This document shows, in pieces, positions 18,796 through 28,594 of a stretch of DNA of 64,000 nt; the first letter of the stretch is position 1; the number at the start of each line of letters is the position of its first letter. Source of the DNA: an uncultured Spirochaetota bacterium (GTDB lineage Bacteria > Spirochaetota > Brevinematia > Brevinematales > JAOACQ01). The position numbers and the translations under genes were made by a program. The notes under the pieces are model-generated. The model did no database searches, was not told the origin of the DNA, and saw only the letters and a program-made list of their open reading frames with translations. The DNA lies in contig CAWIGG010000004.1 in NCBI GenBank assembly GCA_963835575.1, positions 384,001 through 448,000 of the forward strand, written 5' to 3'.

Positions 18796-20160
18796 ATGAA
18801 TGATACGATTATCGCCGCGGCAACGCCGATTGGAGAAAGCGCCCTGGGGCTTATCCGGTTAAGCGGAAGGGAAGCGCGTCATTATGCCATTAAGCTTATT
18901 CAATTTCAGCGTGGCGGACATATTAAAAACCATACCGTCAAACTGGGCAAATTGTATTCACCGGACGGCTCGCTGATTGATGAAGTTTTGGCGGCTTTTT
19001 ATAAAGGGCCTCATTCTTATACGGGTGAGGATTTGATAGAAATTTCCTGCCATGGCAGTCCTTTTATCATTCAGGAAGTTCTTCAGGCTTTTCAAAAGAT
19101 CGGAGCGAGGCCGGCCCGTCCGGGCGAATTCACTCAAAGGGCTTATTTAAACGGCAGGATGGACTTGACTCAGGCTGAAGCGGTTAATGATATAATCAGG
19201 TCCCATACTCAGTATTCAAAAGCCGCGGCGCTCAATCAACTGGAAGGAAAATTTAATAAAGAGATCGAAAAGATACATTCCGGAATTATGGATCTCCTGG
19301 CTGAACTCGAAGCGGCCATTGACCACAGCGATCTGGAAGAAGTATTTTTATCTTATGAAGAAATTGATAAGAAAATAAATATTATTATTAAAGAGACTGA
19401 AAGCCTCTTAAAAACAGCGCCGGCAGGCAAAATGGCGCATAGCGGCATTCAGGCGGCTGTCATAGGCGCGCCCAACACTGGGAAATCGAGCATGATGAAC
19501 TGCCTGCTCCGGGATGACAGGGTGATTGTGTCAGATATACCTGGAACGACAAGAGATATAGTACAGGAAGAGTTGAATATCAGGGGTATTTCAGTCAGGA
19601 TCGCGGATACGGCCGGCATCAGGAAATCTAAAGATATCCTGGAAAAAAAAGGAATAGAACGTTCGTTAAAAAAGATTGAGCAGAGTGATCTTAGAATTGT
19701 AATGCTGGACAGTTCACGATCCATCAATGAGGAAGATAAAAAAATAATGAATTCAGTTGCCCATTTAAAGAACATCTATATTCTTAATAAAATTGACCTG
19801 AAGCAGATTACAAAGGCGGATGATATAAAAAAGATTTTTAATGTTGATGTAATTCCTGTTTCAGCGTTGAAGAATAAAGGCCTGGATTCAGTAGAAAAGG
19901 CTATATATGATTTTTATTTTTCTTTCGGTTATGACCCGGAAAAGGATATAATGATTACTAACATTAGACAGGAAAGCCTGTTAAGGGAAACACAAAAATA
20001 TCTGAAAAAAAGTCTTATGACTCTAAAAGACGGTTTGCCTGAAGAATTCATAGCCAGCGGTATCCGGCAGGCGAAAATACCGGTCGAGGAAATTACCGGA
20101 AAAACGACAGATGAAGATCTGCTTGGTAAAATATTTTCTCAATTCTGTGTAGGGAAATAA
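18796..20160 (+). CDS. mnmE: tRNA modification GTPase MnmE
   Basis: DTIIAAATP, SYTGED, GEFTQRAYLNGRMDL, GAPNTGKSS, C-terminal FCVGK. Confidence 0.98.
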   Translation: MNDTIIAAATPIGESALGLIRLSGREARHYAIKLIQFQRGGHIKNHTVKLGKLYSPDGSLIDEVLAAFYKGPHSYTGEDLIEISCHGSPFIIQEVLQAFQKIGARPARPGEFTQRAYLNGRMDLTQAEAVNDIIRSHTQYSKAAALNQLEGKFNKEIEKIHSGIMDLLAELEAAIDHSDLEEVFLSYEEIDKKINIIIKETESLLKTAPAGKMAHSGIQAAVIGAPNTGKSSMMNCLLRDDRVIVSDIPGTTRDIVQEELNIRGISVRIADTAGIRKSKDILEKKGIERSLKKIEQSDLRIVMLDSSRSINEEDKKIMNSVAHLKNIYILNKIDLKQITKADDIKKIFNVDVIPVSALKNKGLDSVEKAIYDFYFSFGYDPEKDIMITNIRQESLLRETQKYLKKSLMTLKDGLPEEFIASGIRQAKIPVEEITGKTTDEDLLGKIFSQFCVGK

Positions 20161-20172
20161 AGCGGGGATTTT

Positions 20173-20910
20173 GTGATAAAAAAAGAAGTGAAAGTAATTT
20201 TTAGAAAGATTTTAAGGATAGTTTATTTTTGCCATATAGTTCTGGTTCTTATTATTTTGTTATTTTGCGGGTTTTATGCCCTGTTTAACCCGAAAATCGG
20301 GACACTGATGATATACCGCAAGTATAATAACCATTTTGAGGTAAAACCCGTCCATTTTGTACCCCTGAGCAAAATACCAAAGCCGGTCATTACAATGGTC
20401 CTGGCGGCTGAAGACCATAATTTTTATGGCCACTGGGGCATTGATACGGAAGCGATCCAGGAAGCCCTGGCCAAGAAAAACAATCTGAAAAAGAAATATT
20501 ACGGGGGCAGCACGATTACCCAGCAGCTGGCCCGGACGCTTTTTCTTATTCCTGAAAAAACATATGTCAGAAAATACTTTGAAATCATAATCGCCGTTGA
20601 GATGGATATGCTGATGCAGAAAGACAGGATTTTAGAGCTTTACCTCAATTCAATAGAATGGGGAAAAGGGATTTTCGGTATTCAGAACGCTTCTTATTAT
20701 TATTTTAATAAAAACCTGGATGAGCTTTCACTGGATGAAATGATCAAGCTTATTACCATTATGCCCAGTCCCGTAAAATACAATCCGGATAATTTTAATG
20801 ATCTGAAAGCCCTGTCGGTCAGATATGAGTTCCTGAACCAGGTGATGGGATTGACGAACGCGTCCCTTCCGACATCGTTTTTATCTGATCATCCCGTGGA
20901 TGTGTTATAA
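20173..20910 (+). CDS. mtgA: Monofunctional peptidoglycan transglycosylase
   Basis: AAEDHNFYGHWGID, GGSTITQQLAR, ILELYLNSIEWG. Confidence 0.9.
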   Translation: MIKKEVKVIFRKILRIVYFCHIVLVLIILLFCGFYALFNPKIGTLMIYRKYNNHFEVKPVHFVPLSKIPKPVITMVLAAEDHNFYGHWGIDTEAIQEALAKKNNLKKKYYGGSTITQQLARTLFLIPEKTYVRKYFEIIIAVEMDMLMQKDRILELYLNSIEWGKGIFGIQNASYYYFNKNLDELSLDEMIKLITIMPSPVKYNPDNFNDLKALSVRYEFLNQVMGLTNASLPTSFLSDHPVDVL

Positions 20911-20922
20911 GCGGCTATAATT

Positions 20923-21360
20923 TTATCTTCTAATACCTGTACTGCCGAAACCGCCTTCACCCCTTTCTGTTTCAGAGAGTTCTTCCGCGAATTGAAAATC
21001 GGCTTTTTCCGTTTTCTGTATGATCAGCTGCGCGATACGGTCGTGATTTTGTATTTTGAAATCGTCTTTCCCTAAATTCATTAATATGACCTTGATTTCC
21101 CCTCTGTAATCAGCGTCGATTGTGCCGGGTGAATTCGGCAGGATAAGTCCCTGCGCGGCAAGGCCGCTTCGGGGGCGAACCTGCGCTTCATAACCTTCCG
21201 GTATTTCAATAATAATGCCCGTGGGGACTAAAAATATTTCCATCGGCTTGATGTTGATTGAAGTTTCAAGACAGGCATATAAATCGGCGCCCGCGCTGTG
21301 AAGCGTCTTATATTCCGGCAGAACAGCCGAATCCTTAATTATTTTTACGTTTATTTTCAT
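20923..21360 (-). CDS. dut: dUTP diphosphatase
   Basis: AGADL, RPRSGLA, GTIDADYRGE, RIAQ, RGEGGFGSTG. Confidence 0.98.
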   Translation of the reverse strand: MKINVKIIKDSAVLPEYKTLHSAGADLYACLETSINIKPMEIFLVPTGIIIEIPEGYEAQVRPRSGLAAQGLILPNSPGTIDADYRGEIKVILMNLGKDDFKIQNHDRIAQLIIQKTEKADFQFAEELSETERGEGGFGSTGIRR

Positions 21361-21384
21361 TTTTATTCCTTCAAATTGATGAAA

Positions 21385-21957
21385 TTATATATCTAAAACA
21401 ATTTCCTTCAGTACTCTTTTCGGCACATGGTGAATGTTGTTATGGTCCCGCCAATATTTGACATTGCCTTCCTGCATTGTTTCTAGTTCAACTTTTTCAA
21501 CCGGCTTTCCCAGCGCGATGACGACAAGAATCTCAAACCGGTCCGGAATATTGAACCTGTCAAGCAATAATTCCTTATTAACCGTTCCAATAATGCATCC
21601 TCCCAGGCCTTTTTCAACAGCGCCCAGCAAAATAGTCTGCGCCGCAATTCCGATATCGATATTGTATGTAGTGGTTATATCCCGGTCGCCCAGAATAATG
21701 ATGTAAGCGGATGGCCTTTCTTTTTCTTCAATATCTATTCCGCCGTCTTTTAAATAACCTGCCCACTTTAGAGCGGAAAAGATTTGGGTATTCCTTTCGG
21801 GATTATTTGATATCATATACTTCAGGGGCTGCAGGTTTCTCGCCGAAGGCGTCATTCTTGCCAGATCAATCAGTTCGAGCAATTCTTCTTTTTTTATCAC
21901 ATGGCTGTTATTATAGCGCCTGTAACTTCTGTTTTTTAATACTAGTTGTCTCAGCAT
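21385..21957 (-). CDS. Nitroreductase family protein
   Basis: NRSYRRY, PSARNLQP, DIGIAAQTILLGAVEKGLGGC, HVPKR. Confidence 0.92.
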   Translation of the reverse strand: MLRQLVLKNRSYRRYNNSHVIKKEELLELIDLARMTPSARNLQPLKYMISNNPERNTQIFSALKWAGYLKDGGIDIEEKERPSAYIIILGDRDITTTYNIDIGIAAQTILLGAVEKGLGGCIIGTVNKELLLDRFNIPDRFEILVVIALGKPVEKVELETMQEGNVKYWRDHNNIHHVPKRVLKEIVLDI

Positions 21958-21979
21958 AAACAACCTCCGGAAACATTAT

Positions 21980-22831
21980 TTATTTAATTTTAACCAGTAA
22001 ATTATCAATAAGCCTGGTAGAACCGATGAAAACGGCAAGCGCGATAAGAACATTACCGTTTATTTTATCAGCATCTTTCAGATTTTCAGGATCAGTTATG
22101 GATATATAATCAATTTTTGCTTTGGGGATTTCTTTCATTATAAAATCCCGCATTGATTTAATAATTGGGCTGGATTTAGTTCCGCCGTCTAAAACAAGCT
22201 TTTTTCCGAGCTGAAGTGATTTATTGAGAGCTGATGCCTGTCTTTTCTCGTCATCAGATAAGTATTTATTTCTGGAACTCATGGCCAGGCCGTTTTTTTC
22301 ACGGACAATGGGTATCACTTTTATTTTTATCGGAAAATTAAGGTCTTCGGTCATTCTTTTGATAATCCGGGCCTGCTGGAAATCTTTCTGTCCGAAATAG
22401 CTAATATCAGGCATAACTATATTGAACAATTTTGCCACAACAGTCGCAACACCCTGAAAATGACCGGGGCGTTTTAAGCCGCAGAGATGGCAGGGCAGAT
22501 TTTTTAAATCAATAAAAGTTTCGAAATGATCGCCGTACATATCTTTAACTGAAGGGAAAAATAGAAAATCCGTTTTTTCATTTTTTAACAGCCTGCAGTC
22601 GTTTTCAAATGTCCTGGGGTACTTGCCAAGGTCTTCATTCGGGCCGAATTGGATGGGATTTACAAAAATACTGACAACAACAATATCATTTTCTTTCCTG
22701 GCCGCTTTAACCAAGCTGATATGGCCGTCATGAAGAGCGCCCATTGTCGGGACAAACCCAATCTTTTTGCCGGCAGCCCTGCTATGAAGGGAATATTTCT
22801 GCATATGAGCGGGTTTATTGATAATTTTCAT
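21980..22831 (-). CDS. panC: Pantoate--beta-alanine ligase
   Basis: VPTMGALHDGH, SIFVNP, RPGHF, FGQKD, AMSSRN, RLIDN. Confidence 0.98.
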   Translation of the reverse strand: MKIINKPAHMQKYSLHSRAAGKKIGFVPTMGALHDGHISLVKAARKENDIVVVSIFVNPIQFGPNEDLGKYPRTFENDCRLLKNEKTDFLFFPSVKDMYGDHFETFIDLKNLPCHLCGLKRPGHFQGVATVVAKLFNIVMPDISYFGQKDFQQARIIKRMTEDLNFPIKIKVIPIVREKNGLAMSSRNKYLSDDEKRQASALNKSLQLGKKLVLDGGTKSSPIIKSMRDFIMKEIPKAKIDYISITDPENLKDADKINGNVLIALAVFIGSTRLIDNLLVKIK

Positions 22832-22846
22832 GAAGAAGAGGGCCTC

Positions 22847-24673
22847 TTATTTATTATCTCTTTTACTGTTTTTGTTTTTTATGGCAGCGGCGATAAATGA
22901 AGTAAAAATAGGATGAGGTTCAATCGGTGAAGATTTAAATTCGGGATGGAATTGCCCGCCCAAAAACCAGGGATGGCCAGGCAGTTCTGACATTTCCACC
23001 AGTCCAGACTCCGCATAAGCGCTGAAACAGAGGCCGTTTTTTTCCAGCACTTCTATATATTCAGGATTGACTTCATAACGGTGGCGGTGCCTTTCTTCGA
23101 TTTCCTCATTCTGATATACTTCAAAAGCGAGAGTTCCCTTTTTTATCTTTGATTTTGCGGCGCCTTTCCTCATAGTGCCGCCCATATATGTGATCCCTTT
23201 TAAGTTTGCCAGAAGCTCTATGACCGGGTCTTCCGTTGTCGGATCAAACTCGCGGGAGTGCGCATTGGTAATGCCGCAGACATTACGGGCAAATTCTATG
23301 ACCATACACTGCATGCCGAGGCAAATGCCTAAAAACGGGACTTTATTTTCCCTGGCATAAGTAATTGCCTTGATTTTTCCTTCAATTCCCCTGTTGCCGA
23401 ATCCTCCGGGTATTAAAATACCATCAACATCATTGGCGATAAAACTGTGATAATCGATAAATTTTAGTATATTTTTGACTCTTTTTTTTTCTTCATCTGT
23501 TATATCATCAAAAAGCTCAAAAAAATTCGTCGTTGAATCTTTTTGGTAAACACTGCACATAAATTCCCTGTCCGCCTCGTTTGGGATCCGGCAGAGTATG
23601 GAATTATCGAATTGGTCGACAAGGGCTCTTTTTAGAAGACCGTCCTCAAATATTTCGCCTTCATAATTTTCCGAATCTATTTTCTTTACGTTGACTCGTA
23701 CTTTATTCGCGATGCCGCCATGAGTCAAAGCGGCGTCAACGCTCTTATATGTGTCTTCCAGGTTGACATATTTCCCGACAAGGGCGATGGTAACGGATTC
23801 CACGGCATTATTGCAGATGTCGACCATCTTTTTCCATTTTGCCAAGTCCGGTTTCCTGTAAGGAAGGCCCAGTTTTTCCAGTATCATTTTATCCGCGCCC
23901 TGCTGATTAAAGATCAGCGGGACTTCGTGGACTGTGCCTTTGACATCAACTGCGGAAAATATGCAGTCTTCGTCTATATTACAGAAAAGGGCCATTTTTG
24001 TTTTTACTCCGGCGGGGAGCATTTCCTCAGATCGGCAGAAAATGAAATCCGGCTGGATCCCCATTGACATGAGCTCCTTAACTGAATGCTGAGTGGGTTT
24101 TGTTTTAAATTCACCGGAGCCTTTGATTGTCGGGACCAGTGTCAGATGGGCGAATTTAACATTCCCCTTCCCTTCTTCAATTGTAAATTGACGCACGGCT
24201 TCAATAAAAGGCAGGCCTTCAATATCTCCGACTGTACCGCCCAGTTCAACGATAATGATGTCTGAGTTTTTACCTTCGTCCAGCATTCTGATTCTTCTTT
24301 TTATTTCGTCGGTGATATGAGGAATAACCTGCACAGTCTGGCCCAGGTAATCCCCTCTTCTTTCCGCATCAATCACATTTTGATAGACCTGACCTGTTGT
24401 CAGGCTGGAGAGTTTTGATGTTTCCACTCTGACATACCGCTCGTAATTACCAAGATCGAGGTCAGTTTCAGCGCCGTCGTTGGTCACATAAACTTCGCCA
24501 TGCTGATAGGGGCTCATGGTGCCGGCATCGACATTGAGATAGGGATCTATTTTCATCATATTAATCTTGTAGCCTGCGGCTTTTAATAGAACCCCTATGG
24601 ATGCTGCCGTGATACCTTTTCCCAATGAAGAACATACTCCGCCTGTCACGAAAATATATTTTTTAATCCCCAT
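22847..24673 (-). CDS. pyrG: CTP synthase, with an internal insertion
   Basis: GGVCSSLGKG, DPYLNVD, KTKPTQHSV, PGGFG, GICLGMQ, RHRHRYE, QFHPE. Confidence 0.98.
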   Translation of the reverse strand: MGIKKYIFVTGGVCSSLGKGITAASIGVLLKAAGYKINMMKIDPYLNVDAGTMSPYQHGEVYVTNDGAETDLDLGNYERYVRVETSKLSSLTTGQVYQNVIDAERRGDYLGQTVQVIPHITDEIKRRIRMLDEGKNSDIIIVELGGTVGDIEGLPFIEAVRQFTIEEGKGNVKFAHLTLVPTIKGSGEFKTKPTQHSVKELMSMGIQPDFIFCRSEEMLPAGVKTKMALFCNIDEDCIFSAVDVKGTVHEVPLIFNQQGADKMILEKLGLPYRKPDLAKWKKMVDICNNAVESVTIALVGKYVNLEDTYKSVDAALTHGGIANKVRVNVKKIDSENYEGEIFEDGLLKRALVDQFDNSILCRIPNEADREFMCSVYQKDSTTNFFELFDDITDEEKKRVKNILKFIDYHSFIANDVDGILIPGGFGNRGIEGKIKAITYARENKVPFLGICLGMQCMVIEFARNVCGITNAHSREFDPTTEDPVIELLANLKGITYMGGTMRKGAAKSKIKKGTLAFEVYQNEEIEERHRHRYEVNPEYIEVLEKNGLCFSAYAESGLVEMSELPGHPWFLGGQFHPEFKSSPIEPHPIFTSFIAAAIKNKNSKRDNK

Positions 24674-24896
24674 ATCTTCTCCTAAAACACAATAATAATA
24701 TTATCTTAATTTTTTAGAAAAAGCAAAACATTTGTCGATACTATGATCAAGTGCGGATTTATTATTTTCTCATTCAAAAAAAACAATAGTTATATTCACA
24801 AAAATATAAAATACCGAAATATTTTCATAATTAATTAAATTTATTTATAATAATATATATTGACAATTGAATTCTGCATCTCAAAAAGGAAGGCTT

Positions 24897-25316
24897 ATGA
24901 TCTTTAAGTTCACTATATCCGGGAAAGAAGAGGAAGTTGTTCAATTTGAGAAAGAACTTCTGGATATTTTAATAAAAATAGCAGGAAGAGAAGGAATGAC
25001 AGCTCATGAAATTCATTTTTGCGTTCATGAGGCTATATTAAATGTCATACAGCATACATATAAGTGGAATCTCGATCAGCCAATTGAAATCCGTATTGAT
25101 GTTACAAAAGTTGATTCTTCTCAGCAAATCCTGGAGATCTTCATTAAGGATTTCGGCCCGCCAATTGATAAACCAATTACTCCACCGAAGCATATCGGAC
25201 AATTTCAACTCAGAAAGAGGGGTCTCTATATGATCAGTAAAATAATGGACGAATTCATTGTTGAACCTCAGGAAAAGGGCGGTAATGTTACTTATATGAA
25301 AAAAATAATGGCATAA
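24897..25316 (+). CDS. Anti-sigma factor / RsbW-like ATP-binding protein
   Basis: HEAILNVIQH N-box, IKDFG G1 box, GLYMISKIMD. Confidence 0.8.
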   Translation: MIFKFTISGKEEEVVQFEKELLDILIKIAGREGMTAHEIHFCVHEAILNVIQHTYKWNLDQPIEIRIDVTKVDSSQQILEIFIKDFGPPIDKPITPPKHIGQFQLRKRGLYMISKIMDEFIVEPQEKGGNVTYMKKIMA

Positions 25317-25344
25317 CAGAATTAAAAAACCGGGGTGTATAAAA

Positions 25345-25740
25345 TTGGATGGTAAATTAACTATTAAAGTATCTTTTTATAATGATATTATTGCTATAGT
25401 TAATATGTGCGGAGAATTAACGGTTTTTGTCCAGGAATATGATTTACTGTTTAAAGAACTGCTGGCATATATTAAAATGGGCATCTATCGTTATATTCTT
25501 GATTTGAACGGGCTTTCATATATAGATTCTTCAGGAATCGGTGTTATTATGAGACTGGCTACAAGTGCTTCAAAACATGCATCGGTTATCTGCATGATAT
25601 GTGAACAGCCTCAAATTCTTAAAATATTATCAATTTCAAACGTTGACAAAATAGTTCATTTTGTTAAAACTGTAGAAGAAGGCATTTCTTATTATAAAAC
25701 CCGCGATCATCTGGATGAAAGAAAGGGACAACCTGCCTAA
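25345..25740 (+). CDS. STAS-domain anti-sigma factor antagonist
   Basis: ILDLNGLSYIDSSGIG with the phosphoacceptor Ser. Confidence 0.9.
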   Translation: MDGKLTIKVSFYNDIIAIVNMCGELTVFVQEYDLLFKELLAYIKMGIYRYILDLNGLSYIDSSGIGVIMRLATSASKHASVICMICEQPQILKILSISNVDKIVHFVKTVEEGISYYKTRDHLDERKGQPA

Positions 25741-25800
25741 AAAAAATCAAAATTTATCCGAAAATATAGAGACGGCCCGCTTGTCTGGAGGTTGTTTATT

Positions 25801-27342
25801 ATGAGAATGTTTTTTTCTCTCATTTTCTTTATTCTAACAGCTTGTTTTTCGTCACTTTATTCTTTAAAACCGTTTACGACCCTCCAATCAATGATTCTTG
25901 AAAGTCAGGATATACAGATTTACCAGAAAGAAAATATCAGTTTGAGAAAAATTAATCAGAAATATGCTTTTCAGATTGATGAAAATATTAATCCAAACAT
26001 CAGTTCTTTTGATCTGTATCTTGATTTTGACAGTCCTTTGAATAATTTATTGAATTATAAAATAATTTACTCGAAATTTGAACTGAATAAATATCAAAAT
26101 ATAAACGGTGATTTTTCCGGAAAATTTTATTTCTCAGATAATTACATTTCTCTCCTGCCGATGCCCGGCTCTATTTTTGCTCCCGGCAATATAACAGGCA
26201 GTTTTTCTGTGGATTTCTGGCTTTATGTTTATAAAAACTATGATAATCAATATATTCTTAAATATATTGGAAATAATCTTTCTAATGAAAAAGATAAAAA
26301 TATATACGGGTTTTCAATTTATATTAAAAACAGCAGAATTAAATATGAATTTGATAATTTTTTCTTTACAGAAAATAATGAATCTGTTTCTTTAGATTTA
26401 AATGAAGAAGAAAAAATAGTCTTAAATAAATGGGAGCATCATGCACTGACATTTGACATTAAAAATGGTAAAATTGCGGTTTATAAAAATGGGATTGAAC
26501 AAGATGTAAAATGGGTAACTGAAAAGAGAGAGCCTTTATCAGCGGTTTTGACCCCGCGGATTAAGGAAGAACTGAGTGCCCCGATATTAATAGGAAAAGA
26601 CGCCTTGTTTTCCATTGACAACCTTAAAATATCAAAGGGAGTTTCTTCCGGCTTTGATCTGAAAAAATTTAACAGTAAAAACGCCTTTATTATTACAGAT
26701 GTTTATAAATATTCAGAAAATAAAGCGGCCTTAAAAAAGATTTCTTTCCAGTCTGAGACGCCTGATTATTCCTATATTAAATATGCGTACCGTATATCAG
26801 ACAGTTATTTCCTGCCCGGAAATACGAGCCTGAAATGGGTTTATCTGCAGAATGGCGCAGAGGCCTTTCCATCAGGGTTTGATAGCGGGAAATATATTCA
26901 ATTTAAAATTATGGTTTATCCATATGAAGACCTGGATAAGGAGATTGATGTTTATTCAATAAAGTTTGATTATTCTATTGATAATTCCCCTGACCAGCCG
27001 CTTATTGTAAACACTGTACCGCTTGATCAAAAAGTACAGATTACATGGATTCCCTCTCCGGAGGATGACATTGCCGGTTATGAAATTTATTACGGAAACA
27101 GAATGGGGGATTACATCTGCGATGATGCCCTTGAAGGAAAATCGCCGGTTTATGTCAGTGCCAATGAACCGGGAAAGATCAATCCGATGAATTTCAGTCT
27201 CAATGGCCTGGTAAATGAGAAACCTTATTTTATTTCTATTCGTTCTATTGATAAAAACGGGCACCGGAGCGCTTATTCAAAAGAAGTATACGCAAGGCCA
27301 AGCTCCGTATACAACAGCGATAAATACAGTATTGACAGATAA
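25801..27342 (+). CDS. Secreted LamG-like jellyroll + fibronectin type III protein
   Basis: Signal peptide; FSVDFWLY...WEHHALTFD...IDNLKI (LamG); ITWIPSPEDDIAGYEIYYG...GLVNEKPYFISIRS (FN3). Confidence 0.75.
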   Translation: MRMFFSLIFFILTACFSSLYSLKPFTTLQSMILESQDIQIYQKENISLRKINQKYAFQIDENINPNISSFDLYLDFDSPLNNLLNYKIIYSKFELNKYQNINGDFSGKFYFSDNYISLLPMPGSIFAPGNITGSFSVDFWLYVYKNYDNQYILKYIGNNLSNEKDKNIYGFSIYIKNSRIKYEFDNFFFTENNESVSLDLNEEEKIVLNKWEHHALTFDIKNGKIAVYKNGIEQDVKWVTEKREPLSAVLTPRIKEELSAPILIGKDALFSIDNLKISKGVSSGFDLKKFNSKNAFIITDVYKYSENKAALKKISFQSETPDYSYIKYAYRISDSYFLPGNTSLKWVYLQNGAEAFPSGFDSGKYIQFKIMVYPYEDLDKEIDVYSIKFDYSIDNSPDQPLIVNTVPLDQKVQITWIPSPEDDIAGYEIYYGNRMGDYICDDALEGKSPVYVSANEPGKINPMNFSLNGLVNEKPYFISIRSIDKNGHRSAYSKEVYARPSSVYNSDKYSIDR

Positions 27343-27344
27343 TT

Positions 27345-28217
27345 TTATTTAAAAACTATTTCCGTTCCGATTCCGGCGTCGGTAAGAAGTTCCAGGATCA
27401 GCGAATGCTCGATTGTTCCGTCGATGATATGAACTTTATCTACGCCGCTTTTCACGGCATTTACAGCCGAGTCGACCTTTGGAAGCATCCCTTTATTGAT
27501 AAGACCTTCTTTTTTTAATTTATTAATGCCGTTTTCATTTATTGAAGGTATAAAAGTGTTTTCATCTTTTAAATCCCTGTAAATACCTTTGATATCTGTC
27601 ATATAAATGAGTTTTGATGCTTTGACACTGACGGCGATTTCTCCCGCCGCCGTATCCGCGTTGATATTATATGTTTTTCCGTCTAATCCGATGGCAACAG
27701 GCGAAACGACAGGGATATAGCCTTCATTTGTTAAAGTAAAAAGCAGCTCGGGATTTACTTTTGTAATGCTGCCCACCTGGCCGAGGTCAAGCTTTTTATT
27801 TGTATTATCTTCTTTCTTTTTTGCCATGATGAGATTGCTGTCTTTACCCGAAATACCGACGGCTTTGCCTCCGTTTGAGTTTATAAGGGCCACAATTTCT
27901 TTATTAATCAGGCCGCTTAATACCATTTCGGTGATTTCCATGGTTTCCTTGTCCGTTACCCTGTGCCCCTCAATGAATACCGCTTCTTTTCCAAGTTTTT
28001 CCATCAGGGATGTAATATGCGGGCCTCCTCCATGAACGACTATGATATTCAGGCCGATTAACTTTAACAGGATCAGGTCCTGGATGACTTTTTCCTTCAG
28101 GACAGGGTCTTCCATCGCATTCCCGCCGTATTTGATAACGACGGTCTTTTTATAAAATTCTTTGATATAAGGCATGGCTTCAATAATTATACGGGCTTTT
28201 TCGATATACTTCTGCAT
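27345..28217 (-). CDS. argB: Acetylglutamate kinase
   Basis: VIKYGGNAM, VHGGGP, RVTD, NINADTAA, GMLPK. Confidence 0.98.
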   Translation of the reverse strand: MQKYIEKARIIIEAMPYIKEFYKKTVVIKYGGNAMEDPVLKEKVIQDLILLKLIGLNIIVVHGGGPHITSLMEKLGKEAVFIEGHRVTDKETMEITEMVLSGLINKEIVALINSNGGKAVGISGKDSNLIMAKKKEDNTNKKLDLGQVGSITKVNPELLFTLTNEGYIPVVSPVAIGLDGKTYNINADTAAGEIAVSVKASKLIYMTDIKGIYRDLKDENTFIPSINENGINKLKKEGLINKGMLPKVDSAVNAVKSGVDKVHIIDGTIEHSLILELLTDAGIGTEIVFK

Positions 28218-28235
28218 ACTTTAACTCCCTTTTCT

Positions 28236-28263
28236 AAAAAAAGGACACGGAAATTCCGTGTCC
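28236..28263 (-). terminator. Intrinsic terminator after tRNA-Pro
   Basis: GGACACGGA-ATT-TCCGTGTCC followed by T7 on the minus strand. Confidence 0.8.
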
Positions 28264-28271
28264 AGCAAAAT

Positions 28272-28347
28272 TCGGGGTGGTGAGATTCGAACTCACGGCC
28301 CCTACCACCCCAAGGTAGTGCGCTAAACCAAACTGCGCTACACCCCG
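28272..28347 (-). tRNA. tRNA-Pro(GGG)
   Basis: CGGGGTGTAGCGCAGTTTGGTTTAGCGCA-CTACC-TTGGGGT-GGTAG-GGGCC-GTGAGTTCGAATCTCAC-CACCCCGA. CCA is not encoded. Confidence 0.97.
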
Positions 28348-28407
28348 ATAAAAAGTATAATTGTTTTTCATGTTATTTCAAACAAACATCAAGAAATCCA
28401 ACAGAAT

Positions 28408-28436
28408 ATTCTAATTTTTATACCATCAAAAGTCAA
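28408..28436 (-). promoter_or_regulatory. Sigma70 promoter for tRNA-Pro
   Basis: TTGACT-17 nt-TAGAAT. Confidence 0.65.
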
Positions 28437-28594
28437 GTAAATGTCGAGCCTTATTGAAGGTGTGGTCAAAAATTCGATAATAGTATAATTTGTTTTTACA
28501 AGCAGTTGATATAATAATCATTGCTTTTTACGTATATGATTTCAGTGTTAAATATAGAAGCCGTCCCTGATTATCCTGATAACTAAGGAAATCC

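Noticed and set aside
23440..23660. Intein in pyrG
   Set aside because: Too short, with no Cys/Ser start and no His-Asn end followed by Cys/Ser/Thr.
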